Below are positions 9,664 to 19,310 of a DNA stretch of 64,000 nt, in pieces. The first letter of the stretch is position 1. Each line of letters begins with the position of its first letter. The stretch lies in NCBI GenBank assembly GCA_963812605.1, contig CAWEWF010000005.1:96001-160000 (forward strand), given 5' to 3'. The DNA comes from an uncultured Verrucomicrobiae bacterium. Its GTDB lineage: Bacteria > Verrucomicrobiota > Verrucomicrobiia > Palsa-1439. The translations under genes and the position numbers were made by a program. The notes under the pieces were generated by a model. The model saw nothing but the letters and a program-made list of their open reading frames with translations. It was not told where the DNA came from and ran no database searches.

Positions 9664-11431
9664 CGGATTGTTGGAGTTGCGGCCCGAAGGTGTTTACTGC
9701 CCAGACTGCGCCGCCGATGCCGATAGCCACTGCCAGCGATTTGCCCAATGGCGAAAATGATGTCGAGGTTGTCTGTTGCGGCTCGCTCACAGTCGCGGAG
9801 ACGAGGGGGAAGAGGTGTTTGGCAATGGTCTCGGACTTCGGGAGTTTGCTCGCATCGACGAATTGGTTGCCGCCGGTTCGCGCCAGAGCGTATTTCATCA
9901 GCCCGTACAGGGAAGTGAATAATCCACCGAGATCGGCATACCCGTAAGACGAACCATTGGCCGGCAGCCGGTTCATGGATTGTTGATAGACCGCGCTCGT
10001 CGCGAGCGTCGGCTTCGACTCTTTCGCCTGGATGAGCAACTCGCGCGCATAATCGGGATCGCTGGCGAGGATGAAGAACTTATCGGTCAGCGCGTACGTG
10101 GGCGCGGGAAGTCCCGGGCCGAGGTGGATCGAGCGCAGTTTTTCACCCGCGCCTTCGGTCTCATCCCATGGCAGGTTTTCGTTGGTTCCCCCGCTGCTTT
10201 CCCGGAGCGCTTCCATCGCTGCATCGAGCGCGGGACGAAGTTTGTCCGCGTCGGTGATTTCGCTGACGATGGCAATCCCCGGCAAGCGGGTGCCGGAAGG
10301 CCAGTTGGCAACCACGGCAAATTCCGGGCCCAGTTTTTGCAAAACATCCTCACCCATGCGAATGCCGTTGGTGCGAAGCGCTTCCTGAAACTGTCCAGCC
10401 GCGAGCATCAGGTTGGCGCTGCCTGATTGGGAGAGAGACTGCATCACTTCCTCGTAGGTGGCGGACAGATCGGCGGAGCCGACGAGATAGACGAGCGTGT
10501 CGGGCGTGGTGAGCGCGAGCGTTTTGCGTTGCGTGGGCGGCGTGGGCTTCGGCACGTTGCTGGAATAGGCGACAAAACCAACGTCCTTGATGCCGCGATC
10601 GAGGAAAGTCAGGCTGTAAGCCGCGGCCTGGGTGCGCGAGAACTTCTGGTACAGGCCGGCGGTTTGCGGCGAAAATGCCAGAAGCGGTCCGACGAGATTG
10701 AGCACCTCTTCGACATTGAAGTACGCCAGGAATTCGTGGTTCACCGAGGCATGCTGTTCGATGTTCTTGAACTTGTCGCTGTTGGCAAGGCGCTTGAAGT
10801 CGCGCGGAACCTGACCGGTCCAAGCGGCGATCAGATCGCGCATCGCGTCTTCACCGAAAGTGAAAACCACCAGCGAATTGAAAAACGCATGGCAGACTGG
10901 AAGAGCCGGCTCCGTTTCCCAAAGGACGTATTTCACGCCGAGATATTCCTTGTTCCGAAACGTCCCGCGCGGATACGACTGCTTGAGTTGGCCTTCGAGT
11001 TTGTACAGGCCCGCGATCGCTTCGACACGTTTGGCGCGGACATCCGCGCCAAAGACCAGGCCCGGATTGAATTCCGGAAAGAGCGTCACATGCGTGACTG
11101 CGAGAAATACTTCTCCTTGCACCGCGTCAAAAACCATACCGCCAATGGTATCGGCGTCCTTGGGGGCGCCCACACTCGCGGACATGTCACGCAAGGCGGC
11201 CAGCGGCTGCGCCAGAAATGCTTGCACCTCCGGTTCGTGCCAGAGCGCGTAGAATTCTGTCTTGGTAAATTCAGCGCGCGATTTTGACAGGTCGGGGATG
11301 TCAAGAAAGGCGAGGGTCGACTCGGGAGGCAGGTCGGCAGCGCGAGGCGCAGGCTTGTTGAGGACGAAATACACGAGCGCCGCGGCGATAACGGCGGTCA
11401 GCAGAAGTAGAACAGCGATAGCCTTTTTCAT
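9566..11431 (-). CDS. DUF3352-like membrane-anchored protein
   Basis: Start MKKAIAVLLL (TM anchor); PxST-type repeats (PPESTLAF, TPDTLVY); C-terminal TM; 3' end overlaps the convergent methyltransferase by ~98 bp. Confidence 0.6.
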   Translation of the reverse strand: MKKAIAVLLLLTAVIAAALVYFVLNKPAPRAADLPPESTLAFLDIPDLSKSRAEFTKTEFYALWHEPEVQAFLAQPLAALRDMSASVGAPKDADTIGGMVFDAVQGEVFLAVTHVTLFPEFNPGLVFGADVRAKRVEAIAGLYKLEGQLKQSYPRGTFRNKEYLGVKYVLWETEPALPVCHAFFNSLVVFTFGEDAMRDLIAAWTGQVPRDFKRLANSDKFKNIEQHASVNHEFLAYFNVEEVLNLVGPLLAFSPQTAGLYQKFSRTQAAAYSLTFLDRGIKDVGFVAYSSNVPKPTPPTQRKTLALTTPDTLVYLVGSADLSATYEEVMQSLSQSGSANLMLAAGQFQEALRTNGIRMGEDVLQKLGPEFAVVANWPSGTRLPGIAIVSEITDADKLRPALDAAMEALRESSGGTNENLPWDETEGAGEKLRSIHLGPGLPAPTYALTDKFFILASDPDYARELLIQAKESKPTLATSAVYQQSMNRLPANGSSYGYADLGGLFTSLYGLMKYALARTGGNQFVDASKLPKSETIAKHLFPLVSATVSEPQQTTSTSFSPLGKSLAVAIGIGGAVWAVNTFGPQLQQSAIPAWPRKSSSTAVPSAPRENQTGGSQTPATP

Positions 11432-11587
11432 CGTAAACGTGCCGCTTTGGAACAGACGCAGCTTGGGCGGGGATGCTAGTCCGTTCGCAAAGACAGCGTC
11501 AAGGAAATAGGCTGGCAGTGACCAGAATCGGCGTGCTAAACTGCCCGGGCTATCATCGGGACGACGGGATTGCAAGGCGTGCTGGTT

Positions 11588-12607
11588 ATGAACCATGAGA
11601 AGAGTCGATTGCGCGGGGTGAGTGCAGCGTGCCTGTCCATTTCCCTGGCGGCGATGAGCGCGTCGCGTGTGGACGCGGTGATCTTCCAGTCCACTGGCGA
11701 CACGAATTACAATACGATGGCCCCCTCGGGCGCGCTCGCCAACAGCGGCTGGCAATACGAAGGCTCCTGGGGCAATTATCTCGGCACGCCCATCGCCCCG
11801 CAGTTTTTTATCGTGGCAAATCACGTCGGCGGCACGACCAATGACGTCTTCCTGTTCAACGGGCTTTCCTATCATCCCGTCGCCGCCTTCAAGACTTTCG
11901 ACAGCGATCTCACCATCTGGCAGGTGCAGGAGACATTTCCAAGTTACGCACAGCTCTATTCCTCGTCGGATGAGACCAACAAACATCTGGTCGTCTTTGG
12001 CCGCGGCACGCAGCGCGGCTCGCCCGTTGTCGTGGACGGCCAAACAAACGGTTGGTTCTGGGGAGCACCCGACGGTGTCCAGCGCTGGGGCGAAAGCGAT
12101 GTGTCGTCCGTGACCAATCTCGGTGCCGGCGTCGGCGACATGCTGCGGATGGTATTCGATGGCAAGGGCGGATCGAATGAGTGTCACCTCTCCGACGGCG
12201 ACTCCAGTGGCGGCGTGTTCATTCAGCAAGATGGCGTTTGGAAACTCGCGGGGATCAACCACGGGGTTGATGGCGAGTTCAGCAACGCGGTCGATGGCGC
12301 GGTCTTCACCGCGGCACTTACGGACCTTCGTGGATTGTTTCAACAGGCTGGGCCTGCGGACTGGGTCTTTATCGATGACGCCGAACCCGTCCCCAGCGCT
12401 TTCTACAGCACCCGCATTTCGGCGAATCTTGACTGGATTTATAGCGTGATCGATTTCGATTCGAACCGCGTCGATCTCGTCCAACAAACCACGAATGCGG
12501 TTGCCGCCGCATCGCTTAACATCACCACCAACGCGTCCATCGCCGCGGTGGATCCTAATGCCGCAACCTTCCGGACACGTCGCATTCCCTTCTTGAACGC
12601 CCGTTAA
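11588..12607 (+). CDS. Secreted trypsin-like serine protease
   Basis: Signal peptide; putative triad ANHV / SDLTIW / GDSSGG. Confidence 0.7.
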   Translation: MNHEKSRLRGVSAACLSISLAAMSASRVDAVIFQSTGDTNYNTMAPSGALANSGWQYEGSWGNYLGTPIAPQFFIVANHVGGTTNDVFLFNGLSYHPVAAFKTFDSDLTIWQVQETFPSYAQLYSSSDETNKHLVVFGRGTQRGSPVVVDGQTNGWFWGAPDGVQRWGESDVSSVTNLGAGVGDMLRMVFDGKGGSNECHLSDGDSSGGVFIQQDGVWKLAGINHGVDGEFSNAVDGAVFTAALTDLRGLFQQAGPADWVFIDDAEPVPSAFYSTRISANLDWIYSVIDFDSNRVDLVQQTTNAVAAASLNITTNASIAAVDPNAATFRTRRIPFLNAR

Positions 12608-12798
12608 GCCGACTCTTCTTTCAGATTGACCGCGCCCGCGACACATTTAGAAAACAGTCGCCATCGGTCAAACACTTAGGCAGGGTAAGGATATCTCCCA
12701 GAAAAAACTCAGCATTCTGCCGATTGTTATAAAGGCCGAATAAGTTCAGTCTGGTGGTGGGTTAGAACAGAAAAGTAAGCAAGGGGAACAGGGTGCTT

Positions 12799-13500
12799 AT
12801 GAAGAGTGGATTGAAGAATTTTGTCGTGTCCTTGGCGATCATAGGAGCTGCCTTGGACGCCCACGCAGCGGTCGGGGCCAGCTTGTCGATTTCTGACGGA
12901 GTGGATCCGGTAATCACTATTTTCGACAACGGCGCGGGAGACCTGAATCCTGCGATCGGTGAATTGACCATGAGTACGAATGTAGGGGTGTGGAGCGTGA
13001 GTGTGTCCTCCGGCCTCACCAAACCCGCGCTGGGTAGCTCAACCAATCCCGTAATGGATCTTGTCGTTCAGGCCAGTTCGACCGGGGCCGGTAGCCTGAC
13101 CTACAGCTTTTCCGACCTTGGCTTTGGTCCCGCGCCCGGGACCTTGAATGCTGCGGTAAGTGGTCAGGTCATTTCCGGCGCGCCAACAACGGTGGGCTAC
13201 AGCGTTTATGGCGACACCAACAATGTCGAGGGAGCGTTGACGACTTTATTGGCAACGACCGGAACGACCTCACTGCCGGTTGCAACCAGTAGCTCCGGTC
13301 CGCTCGCTCTGGCTTCTCCATTTTCCTTGTCGCAGGTAGTTAAGCTCACCGCTTCTGGCGCCTCGGCTGTCAGCGTTGATGCCAGCTTGAATGTCACTCC
13401 CATCCCGGAGCCGAGCACTGCCGCGCTCACGTTTCTGGCCCTGGCATTTCTTGCCGTGGGTTTTGCGCACCGTCGACGCTCGGTGCACTACGTCAGGTAG
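12799..13500 (+). CDS. PEP-CTERM sorting-domain surface protein
   Basis: Signal peptide, S/T/G-rich body, C-terminal IPEPST + TM + RRR. Confidence 0.92.
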   Translation: MKSGLKNFVVSLAIIGAALDAHAAVGASLSISDGVDPVITIFDNGAGDLNPAIGELTMSTNVGVWSVSVSSGLTKPALGSSTNPVMDLVVQASSTGAGSLTYSFSDLGFGPAPGTLNAAVSGQVISGAPTTVGYSVYGDTNNVEGALTTLLATTGTTSLPVATSSSGPLALASPFSLSQVVKLTASGASAVSVDASLNVTPIPEPSTAALTFLALAFLAVGFAHRRRSVHYVR

Positions 13501-13530
13501 CGGATCGGAAGTCCCACAAATCCGCCCCGC

Positions 13531-13558
13531 TTGACACGGGACGGTGATGTTCTATACT
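13531..13558 (+). promoter_or_regulatory. Sigma70-type promoter of the kamA/ATP-grasp pair
   Basis: TTGACA-N16-TATACT. Confidence 0.7.
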
Positions 13559-13568
13559 TCCCACTGCA

Positions 13569-14954
13569 ATGCAGACCGACGAGCCTGGAGGAGCGTGGGG
13601 CATTCCAAGCGATGAGGCGTTACCGCTTGGGGTGAATCTTCCGCCTCCACCCCGGCATCCCAACCGTGTGAATTTGGAATCATCTCCCTTGAAATCTTCT
13701 TCTATTGACGAACAATTCCCGTCGGCGGGGCGGGGCATCTGGGCGCGCGTGCCGGATGCGGACTGGAATGACTGGCGGTGGCAGCTTCGCAACCGTATTA
13801 CCTCGCTGGAAGCGCTGGAGGCGTTGATGCCGCTGACGCCCACGGAACGCGCGGGAGTTTCCCAAGCGGGCCACCATCTGGCGATGGCGATCACGCCGTA
13901 CTTTTTCAATCTTATCAACGTCAGCGATCCGAACTGTCCGATTCGCGTCCAGGTCATCCCGCGAGCCGAGGAAATGGTCGCCGCGCCGTGGGAGATGGCG
14001 GATCCGTGCGGCGAGGACGAGCACATGCCGGTGCCGGGTCTCGTGCATCGCTATCCCGATCGCGTGCTGTTTCTGGTGACGGACCGTTGCGCGGCGTACT
14101 GCCGTTATTGCACGCGCAGCCGCGTGGTCAGCGGCGCGGGCGAGCAACATCTGCACACGGAATTTGACGCGGCGATCAATTACATCCGCGAGCACACGGA
14201 AGTGCGCGACGTGTTGTTGAGCGGTGGCGATCCGCTGTTGTTCAGCGACGAGCGGCTCGAGCATGTGCTCAGCCAGTTGCGCGCCATCAAGCATGTCGAA
14301 TTTCTGCGCATCGGGACGCGGATCCCGATTTTCCTGCCGCAACGCATCACGCCCGAGTTGTGTGCGATGTTGCGAAAGTATCATCCGCTATGGATGAGCA
14401 TTCATACCAATCACCCGAAGGAAGCGACGCACGAAGTCAGGGAGGCGTGCGGTCGGCTTGCTGATGCGGGGATTCCGTTGGGAAACCAAAGCGTGTTGTT
14501 GCGTGGGGTCAACGACGACGCGGCGGTGATGAAAAAGCTCGTGCATAAACTGCTGATGATGCGGGTGCGGCCGTATTACATCTACCAATGCGATCCGGTC
14601 AAGGGGACGCACCACCTGCGTACCACTGTGGGCAAAGGCATTGAGATCATCGAGGCGCTGCGCGGCCATACAACCGGTTATGCGGTTCCGCAGTATGTTA
14701 TCGACGCGCCGGGTGGCGGTGGCAAGGTGCCTATCGGGCCCGAATACGTGCTGGCGCATGACAAACAGCGCGTCATCATCCGCAATTACGAAGGCAAGGT
14801 CTTCGAGTACCCCGAGTTGAACGACTCACCGGCCCCTGCAAAATCAGGGTCCGGCGCTCCTCCCTTGACGCGCCCGCTGGGTGCGGAAGCTGCTCTAAAG
14901 GGCTGCCGCACAACGCATGAGGGAAATGGACACGACTGCCCGACGCTCGACTGA
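13569..14954 (+). CDS. kamA: KamA-family radical SAM/PLP lysine 2,3-aminomutase
   Basis: WNDWRWQ, GLVHRYPDR, CAAYCRYC, LSGGDPL, YIYQCD, VIDAPGGGGK. Confidence 0.93.
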   Translation: MQTDEPGGAWGIPSDEALPLGVNLPPPPRHPNRVNLESSPLKSSSIDEQFPSAGRGIWARVPDADWNDWRWQLRNRITSLEALEALMPLTPTERAGVSQAGHHLAMAITPYFFNLINVSDPNCPIRVQVIPRAEEMVAAPWEMADPCGEDEHMPVPGLVHRYPDRVLFLVTDRCAAYCRYCTRSRVVSGAGEQHLHTEFDAAINYIREHTEVRDVLLSGGDPLLFSDERLEHVLSQLRAIKHVEFLRIGTRIPIFLPQRITPELCAMLRKYHPLWMSIHTNHPKEATHEVREACGRLADAGIPLGNQSVLLRGVNDDAAVMKKLVHKLLMMRVRPYYIYQCDPVKGTHHLRTTVGKGIEIIEALRGHTTGYAVPQYVIDAPGGGGKVPIGPEYVLAHDKQRVIIRNYEGKVFEYPELNDSPAPAKSGSGAPPLTRPLGAEAALKGCRTTHEGNGHDCPTLD

Positions 14955-15885
14955 AATACATTTCGGATTGGCCTGGAACTGGCAGTTTGACCAGGATTTT
15001 GTCAGCCAGCTTGACCGCTCCTGTCTTCACGCCGGCTTGAGTTGCTATCTCGTCGGCGTTCACAACCTCCAGCAAACTTTTCTCGAAGTCCAAAACGGTG
15101 AACGCAATTTCACTTACTTCCTCGACCGCGCCAGCGACGAGGACGAGCGTTTCCTGAAGTTCAACCAACTGCTCCAGTCAAAGGGCGCCAAGTTCCTCAA
15201 TTCGCATCACAACTACCGTCGTTCCATCGACAAGGCGAACATCCACGGCGAACTGCTCGCCCGCGGATTGCAGTTGCCATTAACAATCATTTTGCCGCCC
15301 TACGAGAACGAGCCGAATTTTGACGCGCGCCTGATCGAACCGCTGGCGTCGCCGTTTGTCGTGAAACCGGCGAAGGGCAGTGGTGGTTTCGGTGTCATGA
15401 TCGGCGCTACGCGGCCCGACGACATCATGCAAACCCGCGCCAAGTTCCGCAACCAGCGGTTCCTCATCCAGCAGCGCATCGTCCCGCAAATTCTGAATGG
15501 TCGCCGCGCCTGGTTTCGCGTGTACCATGTCTGCGGCACCATTATCCCGTGCTGGTGGGATGACACCACGCACCGCTATGCCGTCGTCACCCCCTCGGAC
15601 CGCGCGCACGTGAATGTGGATGAACTCGGCCGCATCGTGCGCATCATCGCCGAGGTTTCCCAACTCGATTTCTTCAGCACCGAGATCGCCCTGGAAGCCG
15701 ATGGCCGCTATTTCGTCGTCGATTACGTCAACGACCCCTGCGACATGCGCCCGCAAAGCAAGTATTTCGACGGTGTGCCCGACACCATCATCGGTCTGAT
15801 CGTCTCCTGCATCACCGGCCACATCAAAAAGCAGTTCGCCCCCACCACCCAGCCCACCGACGAAGACGCCCACTGGTGGCCGTGA
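14926..15885 (+). CDS. Uncharacterised ATP-grasp ligase
   Basis: IDKA, PFVVKPAKGSGGFGV, FLIQQRI, WFRVY, STEIA..VVDYVND. Confidence 0.78.
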   Translation: MDTTARRSTEIHFGLAWNWQFDQDFVSQLDRSCLHAGLSCYLVGVHNLQQTFLEVQNGERNFTYFLDRASDEDERFLKFNQLLQSKGAKFLNSHHNYRRSIDKANIHGELLARGLQLPLTIILPPYENEPNFDARLIEPLASPFVVKPAKGSGGFGVMIGATRPDDIMQTRAKFRNQRFLIQQRIVPQILNGRRAWFRVYHVCGTIIPCWWDDTTHRYAVVTPSDRAHVNVDELGRIVRIIAEVSQLDFFSTEIALEADGRYFVVDYVNDPCDMRPQSKYFDGVPDTIIGLIVSCITGHIKKQFAPTTQPTDEDAHWWP

Positions 15886-15934
15886 CAATCAACTTGTCAC
15901 TAGTGGCACGACACGCTTCATTTGCAGGGTCGTT

Positions 15935-16004
15935 GGTAGGGACGGCTCGCCGAGCCGTCCACGATTCCACACTGGCGCGGCCCGGTGGGCCACCGCGCCC
16001 TACC
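15935..16004. repeat. GTAG-type REP pair
   Basis: ggtagggacggctcgccgagccgtcc ... ggcgcgg..ccgcgccctacc. Confidence 0.7.
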
Positions 16005-16308
16005 CATCGAATGAACTGTGTCGCAGCACTAGGATAAGCAGCGCAATGAGACTAAGAGCCAAGAGAGCATAGCCGCAGCGACGAAACCCGACAGAACCAG
16101 TCATTGACTGTCTTGCCCAAAATAGAATCCCTGCACCGGTTACGGCAAATGCTACTGCGGTGAAATAGAGAGTGACCCAAGCGCGATTCTGAAAATCCTG
16201 TTTCAAAGCGCCAATGACGGCGACAATGCCAACTGGGAATATATGCACCCCGAGGCGTCTCCAACCGCTGCCGAGGTTAGTTGAAGGCAAGTGTGTCTTG
16301 GTTCTCAT
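16000..16308 (-). CDS. Hypothetical small membrane protein (low GC)
   Basis: Three hydrophobic segments; AT-rich relative to flanks. Confidence 0.4.
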   Translation of the reverse strand: MRTKTHLPSTNLGSGWRRLGVHIFPVGIVAVIGALKQDFQNRAWVTLYFTAVAFAVTGAGILFWARQSMTGSVGFRRCGYALLALSLIALLILVLRHSSFDG

Positions 16309-16462
16309 CGCGGCAGCCCAATTGAATGGATAGTATGGCTCTTCACTTAAATGTATGAAATCCAGTACCGAGCGAGCAAGCCGAACCGCGGTCAGGGGTG
16401 ACAAATAGCTGATTTGTCCACCATCAAATGCACGATCACGCCGAATGCTTGCCGAAACTGCG

Positions 16463-16711
16463 CTAAGCGAAACTGAGCACGCCCACCGGGCGCTCGACGG
16501 CGAGAGCGCGACGCTCGCGCTTGAGGCGCTCAAGTTCGTGCATGGTCTGCGCGGTGAGATAGCTTTCGCCGCAACGTGGGCAGGTCACGACGGGCACGTT
16601 CTCGATAATGAGCAAGGTTTTTCCCTTGCCGTACGTGCGGGTCACGCGGCAGACTTTGGCGCCCGGTTTGCCGCAATTGTCACAACGGACGAGGTCGAGA
16701 TGGTTCTTCAT
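16463..16711 (-). CDS. YgiT-type zinc finger / MqsA-like antitoxin
   Basis: CDNC..IENVPVVTCPRCGESY. Confidence 0.88.
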   Translation of the reverse strand: MKNHLDLVRCDNCGKPGAKVCRVTRTYGKGKTLLIIENVPVVTCPRCGESYLTAQTMHELERLKRERRALAVERPVGVLSFA

Positions 16712-16989
16712 AGGCGATAGACCGTCACGATCAATAGCTTACCACGCGGGCTGATCTTTGCAATCACTTCGACAGGCGATCCATTGGCCGACGCGCCTTG
16801 GAGACGATATTTCCATTCCTTCGTCTGGCGATCCCTCTGGCGCTCTCGTATTTCACCGGAGAGGATGGCGCATTCGACGTCATAGATTGCGAGGTCGTCG
16901 TCATCCATCCTCTCGTCGGCGTGTGCGGACACGATGTATTGGCTCGCGCGAACTTTCTCCCGCATCTGCTTCAAGAGGCGTTGGAACAC
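16708..16989 (-). CDS. DUF4258 putative RelE-like toxin
   Basis: SAHADERM..DVECAILSG..LLIVTVY; 4-bp overlap with the antitoxin. Confidence 0.85.
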   Translation of the reverse strand: MFQRLLKQMREKVRASQYIVSAHADERMDDDDLAIYDVECAILSGEIRERQRDRQTKEWKYRLQGASANGSPVEVIAKISPRGKLLIVTVYRL

Positions 16990-17150
16990 AGGCTATTGTT
17001 TACACTTCCAGCACGAGATTGCCAAAACCTTTATGGCAGCGAAGCCTGCAGGGGGTCGCGACGCAACCCACGGCGGTGTGGGACACACCGCCCTACCAAC
17101 GACATCTGCGTTCGGCCGGTAGGGCGCGCTCTCCGAGCACGGCGCAACGA

Positions 17151-17903
17151 TCATTTTCTTATCATCAAATGGACCGCCACGATCACGCCGAAGATGACGA
17201 CTGCGCCGCGCAGGAGGCGGGGTGACATTCGTTGCGCGCATTTCGCGCCGACGAATCCGCCGGCGATGGCCGCGACGGCCATCATCAGGGCGATCTTCAA
17301 GACCGCCGCGCCGACCGCGATAAAATAGACAATCGCGATGCCGTTGATGAGCACCGCGAGGAAGTTCTTCATGCCGTTCGCCGCCTGCAAATCTTCCGGC
17401 AGAAAAATCGCCATCGCCGCCAGCATCAGGATTCCCATGCCTGCGCCGAAGTAGCCTCCATAAACCGCGATGGCAAACTGCGACAGCCAGATCGCCGCCG
17501 CGTGCTTCTTTGGGTTCGCCGCCGCCCGCTGGGAAATCCAGCGGCCAATTGGCTCGTTGAGTTGGAGCAACGCACACGCAAGGAGGATCAAGAAGGGGAC
17601 GATGAGGCGAAAGAAGCTCTCGGGCGTTTTCAGCAGCAGGATCGCGCCCAAGAGTCCGCCGATCAGCGACGGCAACGCAAGTGTCCAGACCCGCGCACGA
17701 TTTTCCGAGAGCTGGCGTCGATACGCCCAGGAACTCGTCACCGAGCCGGGCCAGACCGCCACCGTGCTCGTGGCATTGGCCGTGATCGAAGGCATGCCGC
17801 AATAGAGCAGGGCGGGGAATGTCAGCAAGGTGCCCCCGCCGGCGATCGCGTTGACGAAGCCCGCGCCGAACGCCGCGAGCGAACTGAGCCCGTAAATCTG
17901 CAT
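17151..17903 (-). CDS. TauE/SafE (TSUP) transporter
   Basis: NAIAGGGTLLTFPAL, YGGYFGAGMG. Confidence 0.9.
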   Translation of the reverse strand: MQIYGLSSLAAFGAGFVNAIAGGGTLLTFPALLYCGMPSITANATSTVAVWPGSVTSSWAYRRQLSENRARVWTLALPSLIGGLLGAILLLKTPESFFRLIVPFLILLACALLQLNEPIGRWISQRAAANPKKHAAAIWLSQFAIAVYGGYFGAGMGILMLAAMAIFLPEDLQAANGMKNFLAVLINGIAIVYFIAVGAAVLKIALMMAVAAIAGGFVGAKCAQRMSPRLLRGAVVIFGVIVAVHLMIRK

Positions 17904-17960
17904 GATATGCGGGGCACTATACCAGAGGCGATGGGCCGATTGTAAGGCAGCGTTCATGTT

Positions 17961-18033
17961 GGTGGCACAGGCGTCCCTGCCTGTGGAGCTGGTTATGCGG
18001 TGCTTGCGACAGGCAGGGACGCCTGTCGCCACC
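17961..18033. repeat. Inverted REP pair (GTGG type)
   Basis: ggtggcacaggcgtccctgcctgt ... acaggcagggacgcctgtcgccacc. Confidence 0.85.
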
Positions 18034-18125
18034 AGTCCGTTTTGCGCCTGCCCAACATTTTCAATCATGCCCCTGGCAAGGGGTGCGCTTGCCCTGCAAC
18101 TTGGGGTCTGTTACGGTCGCTCGAT

Positions 18126-19310
18126 ATGCCGTCTGTATTTTTGAAGAAGAACAAGGAACGCCGCCTCTACGCGGGCCACAGTTGGGTCTACTCCAGTGAA
18201 ATCGAACGAATCACCGGCGATCCTGATCCCCGCGACGGCGATGCGGTGGACATCCGCGATCACAAGGACCGCTTTTTTGGCCGCGGGTTGCTGAACACCA
18301 AATCGCAAATCACCGTGCGGCGGTTCACCACGCAGAAGGAGGAACTCGACCGCGCGTTCTTCACCCGTCGCATCGAAGAAGCCCTGGCTTATCGCCGGGA
18401 GGATACGTCCATTGGCGACACTGAAGCATTCCGCGTGGTTTCCTCCGAGGGTGACCAGATGCCCGGCCTCATCGTCGATCAATACGGCGACTATCTTGTC
18501 ATTCAGGCGCTCACGCTGGGGATCGACCAACGCAAGGGGCAAATTGTTGAAATTCTCCGGGAGATGTTCGAGCCGCGGGCCATCATCGAGCGCAGCGATG
18601 TCGCCAGCCGCAAACTGGAAGGACTGGAGGAAACCAAAGGCGTCCTCTTCGGCGAGACGGATGGCATCGTCCGCGCGCAGTTTGCGGGATTCTCCATCGA
18701 GGTCAACCTGCTCGAAGACCAGAAAACCGGTTTCTTTCTCGACCAACGCGACAATTACGCCGAGGTCGCGCGCCTCTGCGCGGGCAAACGCGTGCTCGAT
18801 TGTTTCACGTACCACGGTGGTTTCGCCCTCGCCGCGGCCATGGCGAGCGCCAAGAGCGTGGAGTCGGTCGAGATTTCCGACCAGGCCGTCGCCCGCGCGC
18901 GCAAGAACGCCGAGTTGAATGGGCTGACGGGAAAGATCGAGTTCGTTTGCGCCAACGCGTTCGATGTCCTGAAAAAATACGACGGCGACAAACGGCAGTA
19001 CGACGTCATCGTGCTTGATCCGCCCACGTTCACGCGCACGCGGCAAAACGTCGAGGGCGCGCTCCGAGGGTACAAGGAAATCAACCTGCGCGCGCTGAAG
19101 ATGCTCCCACCGGGCGGCATGCTCGCCACGTTCACCTGTTCGCATCACATCGACGCCGAGTTGTTCAAGTCGGTGGTCGTCGAGGCGGCGGCGGACGCGA
19201 AGAAAACCGTGCGCCTGGTCAAGGTGCTCACGCAATCCCCCGATCATCCGATTCTGCCCGCCGTACCCGAAACCGAGTATCTGCGCGGCCTGCTGCTTGA
19301 GGTGATGTAG
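18126..19310 (+). CDS. rlmI: RlmI-like class I SAM rRNA methyltransferase
   Basis: GHSWVYSSEI PUA domain, QKTGFFLDQRDN, IVLDPPTF, ETEYLRG. Confidence 0.88.
   Translation: MPSVFLKKNKERRLYAGHSWVYSSEIERITGDPDPRDGDAVDIRDHKDRFFGRGLLNTKSQITVRRFTTQKEELDRAFFTRRIEEALAYRREDTSIGDTEAFRVVSSEGDQMPGLIVDQYGDYLVIQALTLGIDQRKGQIVEILREMFEPRAIIERSDVASRKLEGLEETKGVLFGETDGIVRAQFAGFSIEVNLLEDQKTGFFLDQRDNYAEVARLCAGKRVLDCFTYHGGFALAAAMASAKSVESVEISDQAVARARKNAELNGLTGKIEFVCANAFDVLKKYDGDKRQYDVIVLDPPTFTRTRQNVEGALRGYKEINLRALKMLPPGGMLATFTCSHHIDAELFKSVVVEAAADAKKTVRLVKVLTQSPDHPILPAVPETEYLRGLLLEVM

Noticed and set aside
11432-12646. N-terminal 405 aa of the 1026-aa ORF 9566-12646
   Set aside because: Antisense to the trypsin-like gene; the real protein starts at MKKAIAVLLL (11431)
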